Of a stretch of DNA of 64,000 bases, positions 12,501-19,651 are shown in pieces; position 1 is the first letter of the stretch; each line of letters begins with the position of its first letter. The notes beneath the pieces are model-generated. The model did not search any database. It was not told the DNA's origin and saw nothing but the letters and a program-made list of their open reading frames with translations. The DNA is from a virus. Where the stretch lies: IMG/VR virus record IMGVR_UViG_3300044646_003076. One strand, given 5' to 3'. The position numbers and the translations under genes are program-made.

Positions 12501-13969
12501 TTGGTGTTGGTAATAGTCTATATTATTATAATTCTTCTGGTATTTCATCTCAGATCAATTTTGCGACTGGTGGTAATGTGACAATAACACCTCCAATCCG
12601 AGTGGAAGAAGATGGTCTTCACTTTAGAGTTAAACATTCTAATCACGGAATGCATTCTAAATTGAATTATGTTGTAGTTAAAAATGCTAAAGCTGATACC
12701 CCGACAGCAACAATAACAGCTCCGATATCCAACACTTCAACTACGAGTATTCCAGTTAATAATTCAACCATTTTTGAATCATTTGAAGGTCAATTAGTCT
12801 CTACTAATAATCCGGGTTATATTATCATCAACGATGAAATTATTAAATATACTTCTGTTACTTCAGGATTACTCAATAATATCACAAGAGGTATTGATTC
12901 CACTCTCCCGATTACACATTCTATCAATTCAGAAATTCAAAAATATGAACTGAATGGTGTATCACTATTACGAATCAATAGAACTCATAAATTAGAAGAT
13001 GCCACAGTAAGCAATCCTATCGGTCTAGATTATTATAGTATTAGACTATCACAGTCATCCGAAACGATCGGAACTAAGAATATTATTGATAGAACAGGAT
13101 CCGGATTGTATTCAGCTCTTTATTTTAATGCCAATAAGAGTGCTGGTGGGAATGTTGTGAGATCATCCCAGAACATGCCATATGAGCTTATCACTCCTAT
13201 TTTTGAAAGCTTTATTCCCAATAATACAAGCATTGAAGCAAAATTGAGAAGTGTATCTGGAACCAGTATTTCAGGTAACGAAAATTCGTTTGAGGATAGG
13301 GGATATTATGACATAACACTTGGAGAATATAATTATCTTGAGACTCCAAGAATTATTGCATCTAAAGTCAACGAAACCAATAATTTAACCGAACTACCAG
13401 GTAACAAATCTCTTAATATTATTACAACTTTAACGACTGCCGATTCAAGAATTAGTCCTTGTATTGATCTTACTAGAGTGAGTGTTATCACTACTTCTAA
13501 TAGAATCAATAAGATTGTTGATAATTATGTCGGAGATAACAGAGTCAATTCCCTTAATAGAGATCAAAATGCATTTATTTACGTTTCTAAACCCCATAGA
13601 TTAGAATTCCCAGCATCTTCTATTAAACTTTATGTGAGTGCTGATGTTAATAATTACTCCGATATCAGAGCACTATATTCCATTGATTCCGAAGAAAACC
13701 CAAATCCGATTTTTGAATTATTTCCAGGATTCAGTAACATTGATTCTCTTGGCAATACCGTTAATAGTAGTCTTAATGATGGAACTCCAGATAGATTCAC
13801 TCAAACCAATAACACTCTTTCTTTTGAAGCACAAAATTATAGAGAGTATGAATTTACCTCTAACAATCTACCTCCATTTAGATACTTTAGAGTTAAATTA
13901 ATCTTCACTTCTACCAATCAGGCATACGTGCCTAAGGTAAAAGACATCCGTACCATCGCTCTCGCCTAA
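6509..13969 (+). CDS. Giant virion structural protein (VrlC-like / DUF4815-type), 2486 aa
   Basis: N-terminal MPQETNLNVSPYFDDFD...PVQAREIN.LQSIFQNQIE; NYAAPGADRFKI; DPLAQSF...TSQ(W)TPSQFEDLKF-like motifs; usual position after gp8 in cyanomyoviruses. Confidence 0.8.
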   Translation: MPQETNLNVSPYFDDFDKDKKYYKVLIKPESPVQAREINNLQSIFQNQIESLGDHIFREGAKVIPGQTSYNRYYNAVELENSFSGVDLETYLSFIVGKKIIGSTSGVEAVIDSAITSNESERNNVTIYVNYLSASSVNNSTLTFLDGENLLIQESIITSSIAFEAGQAIAKTISLSSNSLSSTFTVSEGVYYLRGHFVVVDTQTLILDQYDNNPTYKIGFTIEEEIITSDIDPSLTDNAKGFNNYAAPGADRFKITAILDKKEIGDTLSDNFVEITRIENGIIRNNPNDPLYNIIEEKFAKRTYDESGDYYVRRYDVSCEESLNNRIGNNGIFFEGAKTYQGNTPSDDLAIYKVSPGKAYVRGYEVEINAPTFLDITKPRTTKVIGNQSLIYSTGTTLSLNNVYGTPEIGIGNTFTLSLRDSRIGVGLSTASGDEIGLARVYDYALESGSYQTLLTTNVWDLTLYDIQPYTKITLNQPATISTPAYFVGNSSGATGYLKTSISNSSNVVLYNVSGKFVENESFTINNITNSRIGTAVTSYGISDVKSVYGSSTYGPFNGDVVQTDFLSVGICSITAEVANESTITISGLNYINSFNKNDLVRFSLPTQGTLPFVAKVKSFSNTSQATNLVVTGVTTVAGVYDGKLPSSGTNLTDLTLIKTSTGSGNQTQLYTPLSRQNVRNVDLSESNLIIRKQYKVNITTNSTNTLTAGDDYFFLPYDEERYSLIRSDGVVEPLTSDKFDISSGGKQLTINGLGSNDTNSVLITTQRKINVTAKVKQKQRVNSIVIDKSSLPSSGIGTTTRNDKLIYGNYPYGTRVQDTEISLNVPDVIVVHGIFESQNLEEPTAPKMVLSNISPTNNTSAILIGEQFIGQTSGAVAICADIVDSDEIHFIYKNSTVFQTGEVVSFKESQLTAKVSQITSNSKNITNSYLFDNGQRESYYDYSKIIRRSGALEPQSKIIVYFDNLTYSSQDAGDITTASSYITFDYKNDIQSHNNIRNTDIVDIRPRVDNYTVQIDARSPFEFEGRKFTQTGNSSTNILASDEELILNFDYYQPRIDRIFLNKEGNFIVQKGTPSDEPALPQSVDDSIEIAKVFLPAYLYDTNKASVTQYDYKRYQMSDISKLETRIKNLEAYTTLSLLETETSNLFIPDASNPGLNRFKSGFFVDNFKTLTAQDESVGIRNAVDPKNGGMRPSHYTSSIPLVIGTKELLGVGSTTNIDYSNITTSDILGDNIQKTGDIITLKYNSIKWLEQPFATRVENVQPFILSFWEGTLSLNPSSDIWVDTVRLNPKTIQVEGDYLATLNRLVASNGINAQTGIGPTIWGSWSLLGYGNPRWVRSSGFTNGIPSVFQGRSVLGPARWSGHAVDSVSSGIIPTTGLYVEARDSFSSRTGSQMIVSEIFDTRSLGDSVVAVDILPNMRSRNIEFRCSGMQKGILVYPFFEGVDVSRYCFPKLLEISMTSGTFIIGETVRIKTTANNIEGYFRIAQPNHKNGGFNSPSEFYSSEPYRNTVLPTSYTSTSTILNVDTGSLALKSQGNYYGKVQNGFILIGESSGAEATVSELRLVTDNNGEIVGSFYIPDPNIPENPVFSTGTKIFKLTSNVTNTPIKGSPLSAAESKFFAEGKRQSIQEKVLSVRNASVTTRTFTETKSEEVFTGLYIDPLAQSFSCDEPTGVYLTHVDVYFESKDASIPVRCQIRTMELGTPTQTILPFSEISLNPDDVNISSDGSVSTTFKFSSPVYIEPGQENAFVLLSNSTSYRVWISRLGERDVFSKKIVETQPTLGSLFKSQNASTWTPSQFEDLKFTLYRAEFATTSGYVNFYNPDLNEANSQIPILTNNPLDLISRKVRLGLAVTITESDNNFKYGQTVYQPSTNAQGIYISKVGLATGGTSNGGLTITSAGIGYTPTSGTLTYNNISLSPITGSGRNATANITISNGVAIGATVVNSGTGYQVGDVLTATQIGANALGRNLRISIGNVTQFNELVLDNVQGNFATGVGVGNSLYYYNSSGISSQINFATGGNVTITPPIRVEEDGLHFRVKHSNHGMHSKLNYVVVKNAKADTPTATITAPISNTSTTSIPVNNSTIFESFEGQLVSTNNPGYIIINDEIIKYTSVTSGLLNNITRGIDSTLPITHSINSEIQKYELNGVSLLRINRTHKLEDATVSNPIGLDYYSIRLSQSSETIGTKNIIDRTGSGLYSALYFNANKSAGGNVVRSSQNMPYELITPIFESFIPNNTSIEAKLRSVSGTSISGNENSFEDRGYYDITLGEYNYLETPRIIASKVNETNNLTELPGNKSLNIITTLTTADSRISPCIDLTRVSVITTSNRINKIVDNYVGDNRVNSLNRDQNAFIYVSKPHRLEFPASSIKLYVSADVNNYSDIRALYSIDSEENPNPIFELFPGFSNIDSLGNTVNSSLNDGTPDRFTQTNNTLSFEAQNYREYEFTSNNLPPFRYFRVKLIFTSTNQAYVPKVKDIRTIALA

Positions 13970-13971
13970 CA

Positions 13972-14193
13972 ATGACTCAGCTAGTTTCTATTGAATCTGA
14001 TACCAATCTCGCAAGAGATTTATCAACCAACACCATTGTAAACACCAATGGTAATGCTTATGAGAAATATATAAGCTGCAAAAAGCGACAGGAAGAAGAT
14101 AAAACTAAGCTAGAGAATATGCAAACTGAAATTGAATCCATGAAAGACGATTTACAGATTATTAAAAATCTATTGCTATCATTCCATAAATGA
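13972..14193 (+). CDS. Conserved small hypothetical protein with a coiled-coil C-terminus
   Basis: Coupled to both neighbours (2-nt gap upstream, ATGA overlap downstream); heptad-like C-terminus. Confidence 0.75.
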   Translation: MTQLVSIESDTNLARDLSTNTIVNTNGNAYEKYISCKKRQEEDKTKLENMQTEIESMKDDLQIIKNLLLSFHK

Positions 14194-14363
14194 ATCCAAA
14201 CACAATTAATTTAAAGACATTAAGTTTTTCCTTTGAATATGAAAAACTATCAAGAGATATTGATAGCTTAAATAATATAGATGATGCTAAGGATCTAGCT
14301 AAGTATTTTATGAAGCTATATTTTTATCAACAAGAAACTATCTCTAGTCTAGGTAAACTATAA
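14190..14363 (+). CDS. 57-aa ORF absent from the ORF track; possible NblA-like helix-loop-helix protein
   Basis: Translated by hand: MNPNTINLKTLSFSFEYEKLSRDIDSLNNIDDAKDLAKYFMKLYFYQQETISSLGKL*. ATGA overlap with the upstream ORF and TAATG overlap with gp13. The ORF itself is well supported; the NblA call is pattern-level only. Confidence 0.7.
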   Translation: MNPNTINLKTLSFSFEYEKLSRDIDSLNNIDDAKDLAKYFMKLYFYQQETISSLGKL

Positions 14364-15184
14364 TGGCACAACCAACGAATAGACAAGAATTTATTGATTA
14401 TTGCCTAAGAAGTCTTGGTGCTCCTGTTCTTGAGATTAATGTGGCTCAAGAACAGATTGAAGATAGAGTTGATGATGCAATTCAATATTTTCAAGAAAGG
14501 CATTTTGATGGTGTAGAGTTGACCTACTTGAAATATAAAATAACTCAAGAAGATATTGATCGGGCAGGAGGTAAAATCAATCCTGGTATAACAACTACCA
14601 ATAGCGCGGGAAAAGATTATACATTCCAAGACGACAGAAATTATATTCAGATTCCCGATTATATCTTTGGTGTAACTAAAATCTTTAAATTTGAGGGAAC
14701 TAACACACTCTCCAGCAATATGTTTAGTATTAAATATCAATTATTTTTGAATGATCTTTATTATTGGGGATCAACTGAGCTATTGTCTTATACCATGGTT
14801 AAGCGTTATCTTGAAGATATTGACTGGATTCTTTCTACCGAAAAACCTATCAGATTCAATAAAAGACAAGGACGCCTTTATATTGATGTTGATTGGAAAA
14901 CGATGTCAAAGGATTCTTATCTACTCATTGAGTGTTATAGAGCACTCAATCCAACAGAATCAACTAAAGTTTGGAATGACTCTTTTCTTAAAAGGTATGC
15001 AACCGCTCTCATCAAAAGACAATGGGGATCCAATCTATCATCTAAATTTAGAGGAATGAAACTTCCAGGAGGAGTTGAACTTAATGGTAGAGAGATGTAT
15101 GATGATGCTCAACGAGAACTTGATATTATTGAAGAAAAAATGAGTAGTTATTATGAACTCCCGCCTCTAGATCTTATTGCATAA
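14363..15184 (+). CDS. gp13: Neck protein
   Basis: MAQPTNRQEFIDYCLRSLGAPVLEINVA.EQIEDRVDDAIQYFQERHFDG; LKRYATALIKRQWGSNL; LPGGVELNGREMYDDA. Confidence 0.95.
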   Translation: MAQPTNRQEFIDYCLRSLGAPVLEINVAQEQIEDRVDDAIQYFQERHFDGVELTYLKYKITQEDIDRAGGKINPGITTTNSAGKDYTFQDDRNYIQIPDYIFGVTKIFKFEGTNTLSSNMFSIKYQLFLNDLYYWGSTELLSYTMVKRYLEDIDWILSTEKPIRFNKRQGRLYIDVDWKTMSKDSYLLIECYRALNPTESTKVWNDSFLKRYATALIKRQWGSNLSSKFRGMKLPGGVELNGREMYDDAQRELDIIEEKMSSYYELPPLDLIA

Positions 15185-15189
15185 AATAG

Positions 15190-16590
15190 ATGTTAAATCC
15201 TTTCTTTTTGCAAGGCTCAAAAACAGAACAAGGTCTTCTACAAGATCTAATAAATGAATCAATTCAGATTCATGGTGTAGATATCTACTATCTCCCGAGA
15301 CTTTATGTAACAAAAAGAAAGGTTGTTAGGGAAGTTATTGAATCAAAATTTACATCCGCGTTTCCTTTAGAAGCATATATTGAAAGTTATGATGGTTATG
15401 AAGGAGCTGGTACACTTTTAAGTAAATTTGGTATCAAGCCAGAACTAGATCTCAATATTATTATTTCCAAAGAGCGATTTGGATCATATATCACTCCTTT
15501 GATTCAACATATCCCGGATATTGAATTACCAACAAGACCTAAAGAAGGAGATTTAATATGGTTTCCTCTTGGAGATCGTCTTTTTGAAATCAAGTTTGTT
15601 GAACATGAAGCACCTTTTTATCAACTACAAAACAATTATGTTTATGCTTTAAGATGTGAACTCTTCCGCTATCAAGATGAGATTATTGCCACCGGATATG
15701 AATTTATTGATGAAACTGTTAAAAATCAAATTTATACTGAAATCTATCAACTTATTGGGGTCGGTAATACCGCTTCCGCCATCACATCTATTCTTAATGG
15801 TGGAGTAACAAGTGTCACAATCACCAATAGAGGTGATGGATATCGTAGTGCTCCAAATGTAGCTTTTACAACTTCTCCTGGAACCACAGCAGTTGGTATT
15901 GCGTCAATGATCGGTGGTATTGTTGATCTTTGTGAACCAGATTCTTCTCGTTTTAGAGTTCAAAACGTAGAAATAACAAATCCTGGTTTCGGATACACCG
16001 TTGCTCCAACAGTTGGATTTTATGGAGGAGATGGTTCTGGTGCATCTGCTTATGCAACAATCGCTGATGGTATTGTTGGTATTATTACAATAACAAATCC
16101 AGGAAGCGGTTATACTGGGGTACCAGATATTAATGTTGTTGGAGTAGCATCCACACCAGCTATTCTAAGAGGTATTGTTCAGAATGGATCTCTTTCCGAA
16201 ATCAGAATCATTCAAGCTGGTATTGGCTACACTGTTCCACCACAAATAACGATAAGTAATCCTTCTAATAGTGCTACTGGAACATTCACTTTTAATGAGA
16301 TCGTTTCAGGTAATATTACTGGTAATTCTGCAAGAGTTAAAAAATGGGATAAACCAACTAATATTCTTGAAGTTGGTAATATGACGGGATCCTTTGTTCC
16401 CGGAGAACTTTTAACCGGAATGGAATCTGGTGCTCAATATGCAGTGCAAAGTGGAATTTCATCTTTGACTAATGAAGAGTTCACACAGATCGGAATTACG
16501 ATTAATCCTTATGCACAAAATAATGATATCCAAGTGGAAGCCAATAAGGTTATTGATGATACAGAGTACAATATCTTTGGTAAGATCTAA
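15190..16590 (+). CDS. gp14: Neck protein with a cyanophage-type C-terminal repeat extension
   Basis: MLNPFFLQGSKTEQGLLQDLINESIQIHGVDIYYLPR; RPKEGDLIWFPLGDRLFEIKFVEHEAPFYQL; V.ITNPG.GY repeats. Confidence 0.93.
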   Translation: MLNPFFLQGSKTEQGLLQDLINESIQIHGVDIYYLPRLYVTKRKVVREVIESKFTSAFPLEAYIESYDGYEGAGTLLSKFGIKPELDLNIIISKERFGSYITPLIQHIPDIELPTRPKEGDLIWFPLGDRLFEIKFVEHEAPFYQLQNNYVYALRCELFRYQDEIIATGYEFIDETVKNQIYTEIYQLIGVGNTASAITSILNGGVTSVTITNRGDGYRSAPNVAFTTSPGTTAVGIASMIGGIVDLCEPDSSRFRVQNVEITNPGFGYTVAPTVGFYGGDGSGASAYATIADGIVGIITITNPGSGYTGVPDINVVGVASTPAILRGIVQNGSLSEIRIIQAGIGYTVPPQITISNPSNSATGTFTFNEIVSGNITGNSARVKKWDKPTNILEVGNMTGSFVPGELLTGMESGAQYAVQSGISSLTNEEFTQIGITINPYAQNNDIQVEANKVIDDTEYNIFGKI

Positions 16591-17597
16591 TGTTTCAACA
16601 CTTCTATCACGAAACACTCAGACGTGTTATCTACGCTTTCGGAACACTTTTTAATAATATCTACATCAAACATAAAAATGACGAAGGTGAAGTTATTTCA
16701 ACATTAAGAGTGCCAGTTGCATATGGACCGACTCAAAAATTTCTAGCAAGACTTGAACAATCTCCAGATTTAAGTAAACCTATTCAGATCACTCTTCCAA
16801 GAATGTCAATGGAGATTACCAATATTAAGTATGATAGTGCAAGACAGACGACTGCCACGCAAACTTTTATTGCTCCCGATAAAAATAGTAAACCACGAAA
16901 AGGATATCTACCAATAGCATATACTTTATTTTTAGAACTTGGTATTTTTACTAAACTAGAAGATGATATGTTTCAGATAGTTGAACAGATTCTTCCATAT
17001 TTTCGTCCAAGCTATACCGTTAGTATTGATTTTCTAGATGAAATCAACGAGAAGAGAGATATAATTTTTACACTCAATGATATTGAAATGACTGATGATT
17101 ATGAAGGAAATTTTGATAAAAGACGTTCACTCATCTGGACTTTAAGATTTTCTGCTGACATCTTCTTCTTTATTCCGATTTCAGGAGAAAATGAGGCATC
17201 TAAGAATATTATCAATAAGGTTTCTTTTGGATTTATTGCTGGTGATTATGATGGCAAAAATAAAAAAGAAGATATTAGATATACAGTAACACCAAAAGCC
17301 ACAAAAAATTATACTGGAACTGTTATCACTTCATTGGCTAAAGATTCATCCGAATCCGATACTCTTATTGAAGTAACTGATTCCACTAACATTACAGAAA
17401 AAACTTTCATCTCAATTAATGATGAGACACTTTATGTTAAATCAATACAAGGAAATATTTTGAATGTTGATCGTGGAATCTATGATACTACCACGAAACT
17501 TCATATTAAAGGATCCGATGTATTAAATATTACTACCATAGATAATGCACTTATTGCTCCACAAGATCCATTCTCTTTTATTGGAATTTTTGAATAA
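16590..17597 (+). CDS. gp15: Tail sheath stabilizer / tail completion protein
   Basis: MFQHFYHETLRRVIYAFGTLFNNI; VPVAYGPTQKFLARL; ITLPRMSMEI; IVEQILPYFRPSY. Confidence 0.93.
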   Translation: MFQHFYHETLRRVIYAFGTLFNNIYIKHKNDEGEVISTLRVPVAYGPTQKFLARLEQSPDLSKPIQITLPRMSMEITNIKYDSARQTTATQTFIAPDKNSKPRKGYLPIAYTLFLELGIFTKLEDDMFQIVEQILPYFRPSYTVSIDFLDEINEKRDIIFTLNDIEMTDDYEGNFDKRRSLIWTLRFSADIFFFIPISGENEASKNIINKVSFGFIAGDYDGKNKKEDIRYTVTPKATKNYTGTVITSLAKDSSESDTLIEVTDSTNITEKTFISINDETLYVKSIQGNILNVDRGIYDTTTKLHIKGSDVLNITTIDNALIAPQDPFSFIGIFE

Positions 17598-17599
17598 TC

Positions 17600-18031
17600 A
17601 TGCCAAAACAAAAAAAGTTTGAAGAATTACATGCAACGTTCAATATTGAACCCGTTATTGAAAAAACAGAAGTTGAGCAAAAAGAGGTAGAAGTTCTACC
17701 AGATCAAAAACCGTCAGCTTTTGATGCTGATGTACAATACGTTTTTGGTGTCATTAAAGCAACAATCATAAAAACTCAAGAGGCTCTTGATAATGCACTT
17801 GAATTGGCACAGGAAACGGATTCAGCTAGAGCTTATGAAGTTGTTGGTCAATTATCAAAGCAAAGCGTAGAATCAGCCGAGAAGATTATTGATATTCACC
17901 AAAAACTTAAAGATATGGATGAAGGTAGAAACAATAATAGTAATGGGAATGTCACTCAAAACAATGCAATATTCGTCGGAACTACTGCAGAAGCAATAAA
18001 ATTAGTAAAAGCACAGATAAGCGATAAATAA
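17600..18031 (+). CDS. gp16: Terminase small subunit
   Basis: ALELAQETDSARAYEVVGQLSK; NVTQNNAIFVGTTAE; synteny. Confidence 0.9.
   Translation: MPKQKKFEELHATFNIEPVIEKTEVEQKEVEVLPDQKPSAFDADVQYVFGVIKATIIKTQEALDNALELAQETDSARAYEVVGQLSKQSVESAEKIIDIHQKLKDMDEGRNNNSNGNVTQNNAIFVGTTAEAIKLVKAQISDK
18025..18030 (+). promoter_or_regulatory. Late promoter (ATAAATA)
   Basis: TAAATA just upstream of ORF 18050. Confidence 0.65.
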
Positions 18032-18049
18032 TTATTAATTTTACACAAA

Positions 18050-19648
18050 ATGTCAGTATTTTCAGAAGACCATAAAGAGATTGAAAGTGGTAAAAGAAAG
18101 GATGAAGAAGGCTACATGGCTCACATTGAGTTGGATAGCATTGAAAAATCGGTCAGTAGACTGAGAAAAGTTATTAAAAAATCCGATCAACAACTTCCTG
18201 CCTGGGTTCAATCTAAAATCACAAGAGCTACTGATTTTATTGACACTGCAGCAGAATATCTATCTTCTGATGAAAAACTGAGCGAAGGTGCAAGTTTTCA
18301 AATTAATCCAGAAAAACATAAAAAAGCAAGACCTCCAGTTGGTGCGGAAAAACTCAGAAGTATGTCGGCAAGACAGAGAGCACAATTACCCAATCAAGAA
18401 CTCGTAAGAAGTAAAGTTGGTATTCAACTTCCTAAACTTAAAGAATCTTCTCTGACAGATCGTATTCTTGCAGAAATGGGTTGTGATTGTGATATGAAGC
18501 CACATAAGAGTGTTAATGAGATTGCCAAAAAGCATAATACCTCAGTTGAAAGAATTGAAAAACAACTGAAAAAAGGTATTAAAGTTGAAATGGAACATAC
18601 TACTGATAAGTCAGAAGCAGAGAGTATCGCACTACAACATCTAGCAGAAAGACCAGATTATTATGCCAAACTTTCTAAAGTGGAAAATGCTCCCATTCAG
18701 GAAGAAACAAAATCTGGTGATAGTAGTTTAAGAGATTGGTTTTCAAAATCTAGTGGCAGAGATCCTAAAACAGGTAAAAAGGTTCCGGGTTGGGTGCAGA
18801 TTGGTGGTCCTTATGCTGGTGCTCCATGTGCAAGACAGCCCGGCCAGAAATCAACTCCAAAATGCGGAAGTTCTAAAATGGCAGGAAATCTTTCCGATAA
18901 GGAAGAAGAAAAAGCCTTTAAACGTAAGAATAGAAAAGATCCCAATCAACCGGAAAAATCAGGAGCATCTAAACCGACATACGTTAAAACCGAAGAGTAT
19001 CTAGTTAAAGAAGATAAAAAAGAAAAGAGTAAAAAAGACGCTTGTTACCACAAAGTTAAATCACGATATGATGTTTGGCCTAGTGCATATTCAAGTGCTT
19101 CTTTAGTAAAATGTCGCAAAGTTGGTGCAGCTAACTGGGGCACAAAATCAGAAGAGACGATTCAAGAAGGAGTAAGAATTCAATCTCAAAGTGGCCAATT
19201 AATGAACATTATGCTTAACTGGCGCAATAAAATTATTGTCACTCAAATGTTCTTTCCGCAAGTAAGAATTCCTAAGAAGTTAGAAGTATTATCCGCTGTT
19301 GAAAAGGTTTACCCTGGTGCAAAAGTTCTTACTTTTAGAGTAAGTGTTATTGATCCAAAAATGCCTTTAGTTCAAGTTAAAGAAGATACCGAAGCCTGGC
19401 AAAAAGTAAATCGTAAAGATAGAGTTGATGGTTTAAGTCAAAAAGCTGTGAATACTTACAGAAGAGAACATCCAGGTTCAAAACTTCAAACCGCTGTTAC
19501 TGAAAAAAATCCAACAGGTAAAAGAAAAAAGCGCAGAAAATCTTATTGTAGTAGATCTGAAGGTCAGATGAAAATGCATAATATTAGCTGTTCCGAAGAT
19601 CCCAAAAAGCCTATTTGTAAAGCCAGACGACGTTGGAATTGTGAATAA
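18050..19648 (+). CDS. Modular hypothetical protein with a DUF5661-like domain; putative internal head protein
   Basis: EIAKKH...KGIKVEMEHT...IALQHLAERPDYYAKL; LPAWVQSKITRA; Cys-containing modules (CKARRRWNC); late promoter upstream. Confidence 0.7.
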   Translation: MSVFSEDHKEIESGKRKDEEGYMAHIELDSIEKSVSRLRKVIKKSDQQLPAWVQSKITRATDFIDTAAEYLSSDEKLSEGASFQINPEKHKKARPPVGAEKLRSMSARQRAQLPNQELVRSKVGIQLPKLKESSLTDRILAEMGCDCDMKPHKSVNEIAKKHNTSVERIEKQLKKGIKVEMEHTTDKSEAESIALQHLAERPDYYAKLSKVENAPIQEETKSGDSSLRDWFSKSSGRDPKTGKKVPGWVQIGGPYAGAPCARQPGQKSTPKCGSSKMAGNLSDKEEEKAFKRKNRKDPNQPEKSGASKPTYVKTEEYLVKEDKKEKSKKDACYHKVKSRYDVWPSAYSSASLVKCRKVGAANWGTKSEETIQEGVRIQSQSGQLMNIMLNWRNKIIVTQMFFPQVRIPKKLEVLSAVEKVYPGAKVLTFRVSVIDPKMPLVQVKEDTEAWQKVNRKDRVDGLSQKAVNTYRREHPGSKLQTAVTEKNPTGKRKKRRKSYCSRSEGQMKMHNISCSEDPKKPICKARRRWNCE

Positions 19649-19651
19649 TTT

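Noticed and set aside
15780-16290. Repeated V.ITNPG.GY motifs in gp14, gp7, gp8 and the VrlC-like protein
   Set aside because: This is a common beta-repeat module of cyanomyovirus structural proteins and is not novel.
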